DNA of 38,664 nt, taken from an uncultured Pirellulaceae bacterium. Its GTDB lineage: Bacteria; Planctomycetota; Planctomycetia; Pirellulales; Pirellulaceae. The notes under the pieces are model-generated. The model ran no database searches. It was not told the origin of the DNA and saw only the letters and a list, made by a program, of their open reading frames with translations. The stretch is taken from assembly GCA_964535475.1 (NCBI GenBank), contig CAZHTX010000002.1:1-38664 (forward strand), read 5' to 3'. The stretch's first letter is position 1. Each line of letters opens with the position of its first letter. A program made the translations under genes and the position numbers. Positions 18,298-28,500 of the stretch are shown in pieces.

Positions 18298-19221
18298 ATG
18301 TTGCTGACTGTTAACGTTCATCAATTTCGCCTGGCGACCGTTCTCGCTTTGCTGCTTGCCGCTTGCTTCCCGCAGGCTCTCGCCGCACAACCGCCCGGTA
18401 GCGTCGCGGATGGCGTGGTGTTCGCTGAAGAAGCTCAAGTCACTTTCATCAATGATGTCCGCGTGCCCTCGCAGGTCGAAGGTTTGTTGAAGGAAATTCT
18501 CGTCGAAGAAGGTGCCGTAGTTGAGAAAGGCCAAGCTTTAGCTCTGCTCGACGATCGCGATTCGGTCTTAACGGTTAAACTCAAAGTTGCCGAAGAGAAA
18601 GAGGCTCGGCTGAACGCGGAGAATGACATCAATCGCCAATACGCCGTCCGCTCGCAAGAGCTTTCCAGCGAGAAAGCAACCGCCTACGCCGAGTTGTTTC
18701 AGCAAAAGTTAATGGCCAAGTGGGAGGCCCGCTCGGCTCAATTAGAAGCTTATCGTGATCAGCTGCAGATCGATTTGGCGGACATCAACAAAGATATTGC
18801 CTTGGCGCAGTTCGGTGCCAAAAGTGTCGAGCGGGAAATGGCCGAAATGGCCGTTGATAAACGACGCGTTATCGCTCCCTTCTCAGGTTTTGTTGAACAA
18901 CGAATTGGCCAGCTTGGTGAGTGGGTTCAGCCAGGTTCACCGATCGTCAAATTGGTGCAGATGGATCGGCTCCGCGCCGAGGGCTATCTCAATTATGAAG
19001 TGGCCAACAGCGTCACCGAGGGAATGCCAGCGATCTTGGAGTTTACGGTGCGAGGGCAACCGATCGAGCGGATTAACGGTAAAGTCGGTTTTGTCGGTTA
19101 CGCCATCGACCTTTCCGAGCGTCGCCGCGTCTGGGTGGAGTTTGAAAACCAACGCATTGGTGACGATTGGCTGATCAAGCCGGGGATGAAATTAAACCTT
19201 AAAATCGATACGAACCGCTAA
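18298..19221 (+). CDS. HlyD/RND-type periplasmic adaptor (membrane fusion protein) with an N-terminal signal peptide
   Basis: Signal peptide ending ALA-AQ; motifs VPSQVEGLL..ILVEEGAVVEKGQ, helical hairpin, APFSGFV, GEWVQPGSPI and IKPGM. Confidence 0.88.
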   Translation: MLLTVNVHQFRLATVLALLLAACFPQALAAQPPGSVADGVVFAEEAQVTFINDVRVPSQVEGLLKEILVEEGAVVEKGQALALLDDRDSVLTVKLKVAEEKEARLNAENDINRQYAVRSQELSSEKATAYAELFQQKLMAKWEARSAQLEAYRDQLQIDLADINKDIALAQFGAKSVEREMAEMAVDKRRVIAPFSGFVEQRIGQLGEWVQPGSPIVKLVQMDRLRAEGYLNYEVANSVTEGMPAILEFTVRGQPIERINGKVGFVGYAIDLSERRRVWVEFENQRIGDDWLIKPGMKLNLKIDTNR

Positions 19222-19305
19222 TTGTAAGCTATTTTTGTCCATCGCCGCTGCGATTTCCTTTGATTGCAATCCCCGGCCGATAACTCGCGGAGCTGATTCC
19301 GGTCC

Positions 19306-21552
19306 ATGACATCCTTGGCTGAAAGTCTCATCAGTAGCTCGTCGCGCTCGCTTTCGGTGCGAAAGCGTCCGGACCTGCGCAGCAGCCGTCACCAATACCA
19401 GGGGACTGGTTATTGGGTGGTCAAGGAACCTGTGGGGTTGCAGTATTTCCGCTTCCATGAAGAGGAATATTTTATCCTGCAGATGCTCGACGGACACGTC
19501 AGCTTGGATCAAATTAAAGAGGGTTTTGAGGCCAAGTTCGCCCCGCAAAAAATTACTTTTGGAGACCTGCAACAGTTCATTGGGATGTTGCACCGCAGCG
19601 GGCTCGTCATCAGCAACTCGCCCGGACAGGGACGCGCGCTGCAGAAACGGGGAACGACCAAGAAACGAAAAGAGTTTCTCGGTAAAGCGGCAAACATCTT
19701 TGCGCTACGCTTTCGCGGTTTTGACCCTGAGGGCGTACTCAAGCGAATTACCCCCTGGACTGGCTGGTTGTTTACCGTTCCGGCCCTGATCTGCGCACTG
19801 TTGCTGATGTGTTCCGCCGGCCTGCTGTTAGCGACTCAGTTTGATACGTTCTACGCCAAACTTCCTTCGTTCCAGCAATTCTTTGCCGCCGATCGATGGC
19901 TGTATTTGGCCGTGACCATGGCCTTCGTCAAGGTTTTGCACGAGTTTGGCCACGGCATTAGTTGTAAAAAGTTTGGCGGGGAATGCCACGAGCTGGGGTT
20001 TATGCTCCTGGTCTTTACCCCCTGCCTATATTGCAACGTCTCCGACTCCTGGATGCTACCCAACAAATGGAAACGTGTCTGGATTGGTGCCGCTGGCATT
20101 TATGTGGAAATGATTCTGGCATCGATCGCCACGTTTTTATGGTGGTTCAGCGAACCTGGGCTGCTCAATGACCTTTGCCTGAACATGATGTTTCTTAACG
20201 CGGTCAGCACGATTGTTGTCAATGGTAACCCGCTGCTGCGTTTTGACGGTTATTACATTCTCATGGATACCTTGGAGATTCCCAACCTTCGCCAGAAGGC
20301 CACGGAAATTCTCAAACGCAAGTTCCAAGAGATTTGCTTGGGATTGGAATTGCAAGAAGACCCTTTCTTGCCGCGTCGTAACCAAGCCATGTTTGCTCTC
20401 TACACGATTGCCTCGGTGATTTATCGCTGGGTAGTTGTATTTTCAATTTGTTGGTTCTTGATCAAAGTGCTCGAACCTTACGGCTTGGCCATCGTGGGCC
20501 GGATGGTCGCAGTCGCCGGGTTCTCCGGGATGATCATTCAGCCGATTTGGCAATCCATCAAGTTTCTCCGTACTCCTGGGAGGTTTGCGAAAGTGAAAAA
20601 AGGCCGCCTCGCGGTAACGCTCTCTGTGGTGGCCGCAATCATCGCCGCAGTTTGCCTTATCCCCCTGCCGCACCACGTTGATTGTGCGTTTCAAATTGAA
20701 CCGGTGGAAGCAACTAGTACGGTGTACGCCGGAGTTCAAGGTCGGATCGGTGATGTGCTTGTGAAGGCCGGCAGTTCGGTAATCGCCGACGAGACCGTCA
20801 TTGCCGAACTGGAAAATCCCGAGTTGATGATTCAGCTAGAGGAACTCCGCGGGCAAAAAGAACTCGCCACCCTCCGCCGCCGCACGCTCGAGCGACTGAT
20901 GCACGACGATCGCAACGCGGCCGCCAGCCAGCAGTTGGCCGAGGACGAGCAGATTGAATCACTCACTCGCAAAATTGCAAAGCTGGAGGATCGGATCAAG
21001 GGATTGACGATCAAAGCGACATGCAATGGCACTGTCATGCCGCCTCCCGAGAAACAACCCCAGGGTGATCCCGAAGAACAGCTCCCCTCCTGGACCGGCA
21101 CTCCCCTCGATCCCGAAAACAAAGGCGCTTTGCTAAACGATGCCGACGTGGTCTGCCTGATCGGTGATCCCAACGCGCTGGAAGCGGTCTTAGTGCTCGA
21201 CCAAGGTGATCGGAACTTGGTGAAGCAAGGTATGGATGTTGATCTCAAGTTCGACGCCGCGAGAAATTTGACCTTTCACAGCAAAATGGGTGAAGTCTCC
21301 GAATCGCCATTGAACTCCGCCTCCATGGCCCTCTCCAGTCAGACTGGCGGTGACTTGCAAACGGAGATTGATCCAGCCACCGGCCAGCCCCGGCCGCGGA
21401 GCGTCTCCTACCAAGTTCGAGTTCCCCTCGACGTGGATGCTATCCCTTTGCGAATCGGTTATCGGGGTAGCGCGAAAATTCATACCGAACCTCAAACGTT
21501 AGGTTGGAGACTTTGGCGTATTATTACTCAAACATTCAATTTCGAGTTGTAG
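19306..21552 (+). CDS. PqqD/RRE-like domain - site-2 protease (peptidase M50) - HlyD adaptor fusion
   Basis: N-terminal beta3-alpha3 segment (YWVVKEP...ILQMLDG..SL...FIGMLHRSGLV). Multiple TM segments with intact HEFGH (19939-19953) and NPLLRFDG (20227-20250). C-terminal lipoyl/coiled-coil HlyD-like region. Confidence 0.85.
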   Translation: MTSLAESLISSSSRSLSVRKRPDLRSSRHQYQGTGYWVVKEPVGLQYFRFHEEEYFILQMLDGHVSLDQIKEGFEAKFAPQKITFGDLQQFIGMLHRSGLVISNSPGQGRALQKRGTTKKRKEFLGKAANIFALRFRGFDPEGVLKRITPWTGWLFTVPALICALLLMCSAGLLLATQFDTFYAKLPSFQQFFAADRWLYLAVTMAFVKVLHEFGHGISCKKFGGECHELGFMLLVFTPCLYCNVSDSWMLPNKWKRVWIGAAGIYVEMILASIATFLWWFSEPGLLNDLCLNMMFLNAVSTIVVNGNPLLRFDGYYILMDTLEIPNLRQKATEILKRKFQEICLGLELQEDPFLPRRNQAMFALYTIASVIYRWVVVFSICWFLIKVLEPYGLAIVGRMVAVAGFSGMIIQPIWQSIKFLRTPGRFAKVKKGRLAVTLSVVAAIIAAVCLIPLPHHVDCAFQIEPVEATSTVYAGVQGRIGDVLVKAGSSVIADETVIAELENPELMIQLEELRGQKELATLRRRTLERLMHDDRNAAASQQLAEDEQIESLTRKIAKLEDRIKGLTIKATCNGTVMPPPEKQPQGDPEEQLPSWTGTPLDPENKGALLNDADVVCLIGDPNALEAVLVLDQGDRNLVKQGMDVDLKFDAARNLTFHSKMGEVSESPLNSASMALSSQTGGDLQTEIDPATGQPRPRSVSYQVRVPLDVDAIPLRIGYRGSAKIHTEPQTLGWRLWRIITQTFNFEL

Positions 21553-21887
21553 AGTTAGCATAAATTCATAGGGTTCCCAGCTTGAGAGATTACTACAAAT
21601 TGCCGGCAGCCAAGACCAGTGGGGACGCTAGAGATTGCCCGGCTTGCCCCGCTTCACTGGATAGCCCCATCGAAGCGAACTCGCCGGTTCCTTTTATGGC
21701 AATCGTTGGCGTAAACTTAGTTGCGCCATCATTGCAGAGTGGTTAGTGGTTGTTAGGATTTATGACAATCGCTAATCGAATACACGGTTTACACTTGCGT
21801 CGGCTTTCTTCCCGCCCGGCGATGTGTCACACACGAAGCGGGAGAGTCAATTCCTATTTTTCGTTTTGAACGAGGAGTTTAAAGATT

Positions 21888-22277
21888 ATGGCCGAGGAAG
21901 CACCTCCCCAAGAAGCCAAGACACCTGAAGCTGCCGTTACTCCCGCCGCTACGCAACAGCCGGTGCAAGTGCAGGTTTTGGACGATCAAGCAACCGCGAC
22001 GTACGCAAATTTTTGCCGCGTAACCGGTTCGCCTGAAGAATTGATCGTTGACTTCGGCTTGAATCCACAGCCGATCGGTGTCCCCAAAGATCCGATTCGT
22101 GTCAATCAGCGTATCATCCTCAATTTCTTCACTGCCAAGCGTTTGTTGGCAGCGTTGCAAATGTCGGTAGCTCGTCACGAAGCCGTCTTCGGTGTCTTGG
22201 AAACCGATATCAACAAGCGCGTGCGACCACAAGCTAAGGGCGGACAAGCTGGCCAAGGCGGACAAGGCGGACAGTAA
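21888..22277 (+). CDS. DUF3467-like small protein
   Basis: Signature YANFCRVTGSPEELIVDFG...RIILNFFTAKRLLAAL...HEAVFG; strong RBS GAGGAG upstream. Confidence 0.85.
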   Translation: MAEEAPPQEAKTPEAAVTPAATQQPVQVQVLDDQATATYANFCRVTGSPEELIVDFGLNPQPIGVPKDPIRVNQRIILNFFTAKRLLAALQMSVARHEAVFGVLETDINKRVRPQAKGGQAGQGGQGGQ

Positions 22278-22348
22278 AGCTGAACGCGGCGCGGGGGACG
22301 GAATTTCGCTCAGCGATGGTTGACCGGCCTCTATCGTCCTATATTGAT

Positions 22349-22382
22349 AGCCTTCGTGGTAATGCACCACGAAGGCTTTTTT
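22349..22382 (+). terminator. Rho-independent terminator
   Basis: Perfect 12-bp stem AGCCTTCGTGGT / ACCACGAAGGCT with a 5-nt loop, followed by a T tract, downstream of the DUF3467-like gene. Confidence 0.88.
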
Positions 22383-22419
22383 AATTTTTCATTCGCGGCA
22401 ACCAGTACGGTTTGGGTCT

Positions 22420-22938
22420 ATGATCGGCGAAATTATTGCAGAGTCGTTACAATTGTCCCTTCGCTATGCCGAGACGTTAGCGGTTGGTATTGAACCTAGC
22501 CACTTCGGACGTCTCGCCAACGTGGATGGTCGCATCATCGCCTCCAATCATCCCGCTTGGGTGTACGGCCACCTTTGCCTCTACTCTCCAAGAGTGATCG
22601 AAGACCTCGGGGGAGATGCCGCTTCAATCCAGGTCCCCGAGGAATGGCAGCCGTTGTTTTCCCAGAGCTCAGAGTGTCAAGATGATCCGCAGGGAACCAT
22701 CTATCCCCACAAGGATCAACTCGTTGACCAGCTACTGCGTGGTTACCGGGCTGCTGAGCAAACGCTGCGTTCCACGCCGGATGAAGTCTTCAGCCAACTG
22801 AATCCCAACGAACGCATGCGATCCAAATTCAGCACGCTGGGATCCATGGAAAACTTTTACACCGGCGGCCACTTTATGATTCACATGGGGCAGATCAGCG
22901 CCTGGCGCCGCATGACGGGACTCGGTTCGGCTATGTAA
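22420..22938 (+). CDS. DinB/YfiT-like four-helix metal-binding protein
   Basis: NHPAWVYGHL and HFMIHMGQISAWRR supply the His triad typical of the DinB superfamily. Confidence 0.8.
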   Translation: MIGEIIAESLQLSLRYAETLAVGIEPSHFGRLANVDGRIIASNHPAWVYGHLCLYSPRVIEDLGGDAASIQVPEEWQPLFSQSSECQDDPQGTIYPHKDQLVDQLLRGYRAAEQTLRSTPDEVFSQLNPNERMRSKFSTLGSMENFYTGGHFMIHMGQISAWRRMTGLGSAM

Positions 22939-22966
22939 GCGGAAGCAGCACACCACGCACCTGCCG

Positions 22967-24124
22967 TTATTGGTTTTCAATTCTGCTGCGGAATTGAGTA
23001 GGCGTCTCGCCCGTTTCACGGCGAAAAACCGTCGATAAATACTCCACATGTTCAAAACCTGTGCGGTCGGCAATATCCAACAGGGTCAGATCGCGGTCCC
23101 GCAGTAACTCGCGGACGCGGCCGATCCGCACTCGCAAGATTTCCGCATGGGGTGTTCGTCCCAGCAGCTTGCCAAAGCGGTTTTCCAACACCCTTCGTGA
23201 AATATCGACATGCTTGAGCACATCACCGACTTGAATGGCGTCGCAGGCGTGTTCGCGGATGAATCTTAGCGCGCGGGCCACATCGACGTCGTCGATTGCT
23301 AAAGCATCACTTGATTGTCGCGATTCAATGCCGAGCGGCTCGATCAAGTGGGCCCGGCCTTCCACCGGCTCGCCCGCCATCATCCGGTCTAACAGCTTGG
23401 CCGACTCATAGCCCGCGCGTTGAGCGTCCGGGATGACGCTCGACAGTGGCGGTGTAGCTAGCGAACAGAGCAGGCGGTCGTTGTCGACTCCGATCAAGGC
23501 GATTTCTTCGGGGATCGCAATGTCCAACTCGCGGCAAACATCCAGTAGCTCACGAGCTTGAATGTCGTAGCACGCCATGATCCCCAGCGGACGCGGCAAG
23601 CCGCCGACCCACTCGGCCAAACGCTGCCGTTCACGACTCCAAGAGTAATCGACCGCGTAGCGTGATGTCGACTCGTAGTGACTGTAACTACAGCCCGCTT
23701 GCCGAGCGCACTTGGCAAACGCCTGTTCCCGCCATTGGGACCAATTAAAGCCAGCCACCCCGCAGAATGCCAAATTGCGAAAACCTCGCTCGGTAAAGTG
23801 ATCCGCGGCCAGTTGAGCAATAGCCACGTCATCCGTTTCCACCCAAGGGATATCGTCCAGGCGTCGAGCCGCGCTGACATCCACCGTGGGCAATCGGCTG
23901 CGACGCACGACTTCCGCGATCGCTTCGTTCTCGATCCTCGCGATGATGCCGTCACCGGGCCAGTCGGCCAACCACTGCGGCGGTGCGGCCCCCCGTTCCT
24001 GCTCGGGTAGGTAAATCGTCCAAGCCCGGTGCCGGCGGACATAGGTCATGATCCCTTCGAGCACTCCGCGGGCGTAAGCGTTGGAGGACTCGACCAGTAA
24101 GGCGACGGTGGGACGACGATTCAT
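22967..24124 (-). CDS. XylR-type transcriptional regulator (periplasmic-binding-protein-like domain + AraC HTH)
   Basis: Motifs VALLVESSNAYARGVLEGI, IGVDND and PPLSSV; C-terminal AraC region (SRRVLENRF...IADRTGFEHVEYLSTVFRRETGETP). Start at MNRR preferred. Confidence 0.9.
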   Translation of the reverse strand: MNRRPTVALLVESSNAYARGVLEGIMTYVRRHRAWTIYLPEQERGAAPPQWLADWPGDGIIARIENEAIAEVVRRSRLPTVDVSAARRLDDIPWVETDDVAIAQLAADHFTERGFRNLAFCGVAGFNWSQWREQAFAKCARQAGCSYSHYESTSRYAVDYSWSRERQRLAEWVGGLPRPLGIMACYDIQARELLDVCRELDIAIPEEIALIGVDNDRLLCSLATPPLSSVIPDAQRAGYESAKLLDRMMAGEPVEGRAHLIEPLGIESRQSSDALAIDDVDVARALRFIREHACDAIQVGDVLKHVDISRRVLENRFGKLLGRTPHAEILRVRIGRVRELLRDRDLTLLDIADRTGFEHVEYLSTVFRRETGETPTQFRSRIENQ

Positions 24125-24399
24125 GTGCGAGCAAAGCCGTTCGGTAAAATTTCTCATCCTCGGCGGCGCAGAATCTCATGGACGCCACCACATCGCCTTG
24201 GTTTAATGGTATAACGGCTTCCCGGCTTGACAAGTTAACGGCGTGTAATTCGCCTTAAAGTGCTGAATTTGTCAAATCAAAGCGTTGTTTCCGCCGCTCT
24301 GGCGAGTTTGGTTGCCTGCGGAAATATTTCAAGTCGGGAAGTGTTCGGAAAACAACTTCCCCTCAGTTTGCCCTCCACAAAGTAAGAAAGTTGATTCCC

Positions 24400-25515
24400 A
24401 TGTCGCAGCGGAAAGCACGTGTCGCGATGGTTGGCTTAGGGTTTGGTGCCGAGTTCATTCCGATCTACCAAGCGCATCCGGACGCGGAAGTGGTGGCAAT
24501 TTGCCAACGCAACGTCGAAAGTCTCAACAAAGTTGGCGATGCCGTAGGGGTCTCCCGGCGCTACACCTCCTATGCCGACGTGCTGGCTGATCCCGATGTC
24601 GATTTTGTTCACATCAACAGCCCAATTCCCGATCACGCCTCCATGTCGCTGGCCGCTTTGGATGCTGGCAAGCATGTAATGTGCACGGTGCCGATGGCGA
24701 CAACGATCGAGGATTGTCAGAAGATCTGCGAAGCGGTCGCCCGCACGGGGTTAAAGTACATGATGGCCGAAACGGTCGTCTACAGCCGCGAATTCCTGTA
24801 CCTCAAGCAGCTCTACGATGCGGGCGAACTGGGCAAAATTCAATACATGGCCGCCAGCCACCCGCAAGATATGGACGGTTGGCCCGACTATTGGGAGCGA
24901 ATGATCCCGATGCATTACGCCACCCACGTCGTCAGTCCCGTGCTGGGATTGGTCGACGGGCGAGCGGAAACCGTTTCTTGTTTCGGCTCTGGGAAAATTC
25001 GCGATGAGTTAATCGAAAAGAGTGGCAACCGGTTTGCCGTAGAGAGTTGTCATTTGACCATTCAGGGTACCGACATCGCCGCCCACTTGTGGCGATTCCT
25101 CTTCGATACGGCTCGCCAGTATCGGGAAAGCTTTGATGTCTATGGGACCAAGAAAAGTTTTGAATGGGCCTTGGTCGAAGGTGAGCCTCACGTGATGCAC
25201 ACCGCGAAGAAACCTGAACCGGAAATCCCATCGCGGGTGACGGTTCCCGATTTCGCCGATCGTTTACCCGAACCGATTCGTAAGTTTACTCAGACGATTG
25301 AGGACGCCGGGCACCTCAGTTTCGTCCAAGGAGGTGGGCACGGAGGATCGCACCCACACATGGCCAATGAAATGGTGCGGGCGATTTTGGATGATCGCGA
25401 TCCTTGGCCAAATGCCACGACGGCCGCGAACTGGACCTGCGTGGGTATCTGTGCTCACGAAAGTGCCTTGCAAGGTGGACAACTCGTCCGCTTACCTGAA
25501 TTTACTCTTCAGTAG
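24400..25515 (+). CDS. Gfo/Idh/MocA family NAD(P)-dependent oxidoreductase
   Basis: Rossmann motif VAMVGLGFG and HINSPIPDH...ALDAGKHVMC; divergent from the XylR-type regulator. Confidence 0.88.
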   Translation: MSQRKARVAMVGLGFGAEFIPIYQAHPDAEVVAICQRNVESLNKVGDAVGVSRRYTSYADVLADPDVDFVHINSPIPDHASMSLAALDAGKHVMCTVPMATTIEDCQKICEAVARTGLKYMMAETVVYSREFLYLKQLYDAGELGKIQYMAASHPQDMDGWPDYWERMIPMHYATHVVSPVLGLVDGRAETVSCFGSGKIRDELIEKSGNRFAVESCHLTIQGTDIAAHLWRFLFDTARQYRESFDVYGTKKSFEWALVEGEPHVMHTAKKPEPEIPSRVTVPDFADRLPEPIRKFTQTIEDAGHLSFVQGGGHGGSHPHMANEMVRAILDDRDPWPNATTAANWTCVGICAHESALQGGQLVRLPEFTLQ

Positions 25516-25549
25516 ACACACACCACCCCAAAATCGGCGTTAGTCAACC

Positions 25550-28500
25550 ATGCGATTCTTGATCTGTCTGCTCAGCTGCTGGGCGATGTTCAGCTCCTCC
25601 ATCACCGTTGCGCAAGAGGCTGCCAAGCCTGCGCAGTCGGAACCCCGGCTGGCTGTGCTGTTCCTCGGTGATAACGGTCATCATCAGCCTCCCCAGCGTT
25701 TCGCTCAACTTGCTCCGCGGTTGGCGAGTCGCGGGATTCAGCTCACGTACACCGACGCCATGTCGGACTTGAACGCTGAGACTTTGGGGAAATATGACGG
25801 CTTGATCGTGTATGCGAATCAAGACACTATCGAACCCGATCAGGCCACCGCGTTGTTGTCTTACGTGCGCGAGGGTGGCGGTTTTATTCCCCTCCACTGT
25901 GCCTCTTTTTGTTTTCGCAATTCGGCCGAGTATGTGGAATTGGTAGGTGGCCAATTTCAGCGGCATGGTGGTGAGGTATTCGGCACCGAGATCGCCGAGC
26001 CCGAACACCCGGTGATGCAAGGTTTTGGCGGATTCCGCAGTTGGGATGAAACCTACATCCACACCCTTGAAAATCCAGACCGCGAAATTCTTGAGTATCG
26101 TGTCGAGGGGGATCAAGCGGCGGGTCGAGATCGCGAACCTTACACCTGGGTTCGCACCTTCGGCGAAGGGCGTGTTTTTTACACGGCCTGGGGACACGAT
26201 CATCGCACTTTCGGAAACCCAGGATTCATTAATCTAGTTGAGCGAGGCATTCGCTGGGCCTGCGGTGGCGATCCAAGTCTGGCGGGACCGTTCCAGCAAC
26301 GCGACCCCTTCGTGATGCCTGAGATGACGGAGATCGCTGCCGATGCGGCGCCCTTTGAATACGATACGATCAGCGGTAACAAGATTCCCAATTACTTGGC
26401 CGGCGAAAATTGGGGAACGCAAGGTAAGCCTTTAACGCGGATGCAAAAGCCGCTCTCCCCGGCCGATTCGCTGCAGCATTATGTCACACCACGTGACTTT
26501 TCCGTGGCCCTGTATGCCAGTGAAGAAAATATGGGTGCCAAGCCCATCGCCATGAACTGGGATGAACGGGGACGACTGTGGGTTTGCTTGACGATTGATT
26601 ATCCCAATGAACTTCGCCGGCCCGGACAAGGGAACGACCGAATTGTTATCTGCGAAGATACCGATGGGGATCAAGTTGCTGATAAGTTTACTCAGTTCGC
26701 CGACCAACTCAGCATCCCCACGGCGCTAGTGCATTACCGCGGTGGCGTGATCGTGCAAGATGGCACCCGCACGCTGTACTTGAAAGATACCGACGGCGAT
26801 GACGTGGCAGACATTCGTCAGGTGTTGATCACCGGTTGGCAATTGGGCGACACGCACGGCGGCGTCAGTAATTTCCGCTATGGCTTAGACAACTGGATCT
26901 GGGCCATGCAAGGTTATAATGATTCCACTCCGAAGTTTGCCGGCGGTACGGCTGGACCTTTTAGAATGGGTTTCTTTCGCTTCAAGCTCGATGCGAATGA
27001 TCCTCCCAACGTGACCGATCTGGAATTTATTCGCTCTTCGAACAATAACACTTGGGGCTTGGGGATCAGCGAAGAAGGCTTGATTTTTGGCTCCACGGCA
27101 AACCGCCATCCCAGCCTCTTTATGCCGATCGCGAATCGTTATTACGAACGCGTCCGCGGTTGGGGCCCCGTACAGCTCTCCTCGATTTCAGACGACCACT
27201 TATTCGAGCCGATTACGGAAAATGTCCGACAGGTGGACCATCACGGTGGTTACACGGCTGGCGCTGGGCACTCGCTCTACACGGCTCGCCGCTATCCGCA
27301 GACTTGGTGGAATCGGATCGCTGTAGTTAACGGACCAACCGGCCACTTGGCAGGTATCTTCGAACTCTCCCCGTCGGGCGCCGGATTCACTTCACAAAGT
27401 CCCGGTAACCTAATTGCCAGCGATGATGAGTGGTCCGCGCCGATTCTCACGGAAGTGGGCCCGGACGGTAATTATTGGGTGCTCGATTGGTACAATTACA
27501 TTGTCCAACACAATCCCACACCGCAGGGCTTCGAGACCGGGCGCGGTAATGCATATGAATCTGATTTAAGAGATAAAATTCATGGCCGCATCGTTCGCGT
27601 GACGCATGGCGATGATAGTGACATTGAGTTCCCACAGCTATCCACCGAAGATCCGCAAACCGCCGTCGCCACGTTGGCGCATTCTAATATGTTATGGCGG
27701 TTGCACGCCCAGCGGCTGTTGGTAGAACGTGGACAACTCGATGTGGTGGATGCGTTGGTTGCGACACTCAGCGACCGCAGCGTGGATGCCATTGGCCTCA
27801 ACGTGGGCGTCATTCACGCCCTTTGGACGCTGGACGGCCTGGGGGCGATTTCCTCGGGAAGCCAGGCTGAGTCGGCGGTCGCAGCTTTGCTCGATCATCC
27901 CTCCGCCGGTGTTCGCCGCGCGGCGATTCAAGTGCTGCCGAAGACAGCGGAAAACGCTGAGCGTGTCCTCGCTCGCGGGCTGCTCGCTGACGAGGACGCT
28001 CAAGTCCAATTGGCGGCCATTCTGGCGCTCTCCGATACCGGCGAAGTTGCTCCCGCCGTGGTCGCCGAGATCGCCCGGCTTGCTGCGGATCCCACGATCC
28101 AAGCGGATCGTTGGTTGCAGGATGCCGTCACCAGCGCGGCGGCCGTTCACGCAAGTGATTTTCTGGCCGCTTACGTGCGGCAATCGGGCCCGGCCAGTGA
28201 CCGCCAGGCAACCCTCGTGCGGCGTGTCGCCGAGCACGTGGCGAGAGCTCGCCCCGGGGCGGAGTTAAGTGAGTTATTTGCTTCGCTCGGTGGAGCGGAC
28301 GCGGCGCGAATCGCACCGATTTTGGCGGGGCTCAATCAAGGTTGGCCCGCCGATCACAAGGTCCCCGCAGCCGATTCGTTGGAAGGCAGCTTGTTGCAAT
28401 TGGCCGAACAGTTACCGCCGGCTGAACTGAGCCAACTGGTCTCGCTCTCCAACCGGCTTGGCAGCAACGTGCTGGCAAACTACGCGGAACGTGTGGCGGA

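Noticed and set aside
21606-21660. GGCAGCC...GGGACGCTAGAG resembling a c-di-GMP-I riboswitch, within a CCAGTG/CACTGG stem
   Set aside because: It lacks the GNRA tetraloop stem and the GCAAA cores. An Infernal search would be needed, and the match by eye is weak.
24227-24275. TTGACAA...TTGTCAA inverted pair between the XylR-type regulator and the oxidoreductase
   Set aside because: Neither -35-like hexamer has a convincing -10 at 16-18 nt, and the 35-nt gap is long for a single operator.
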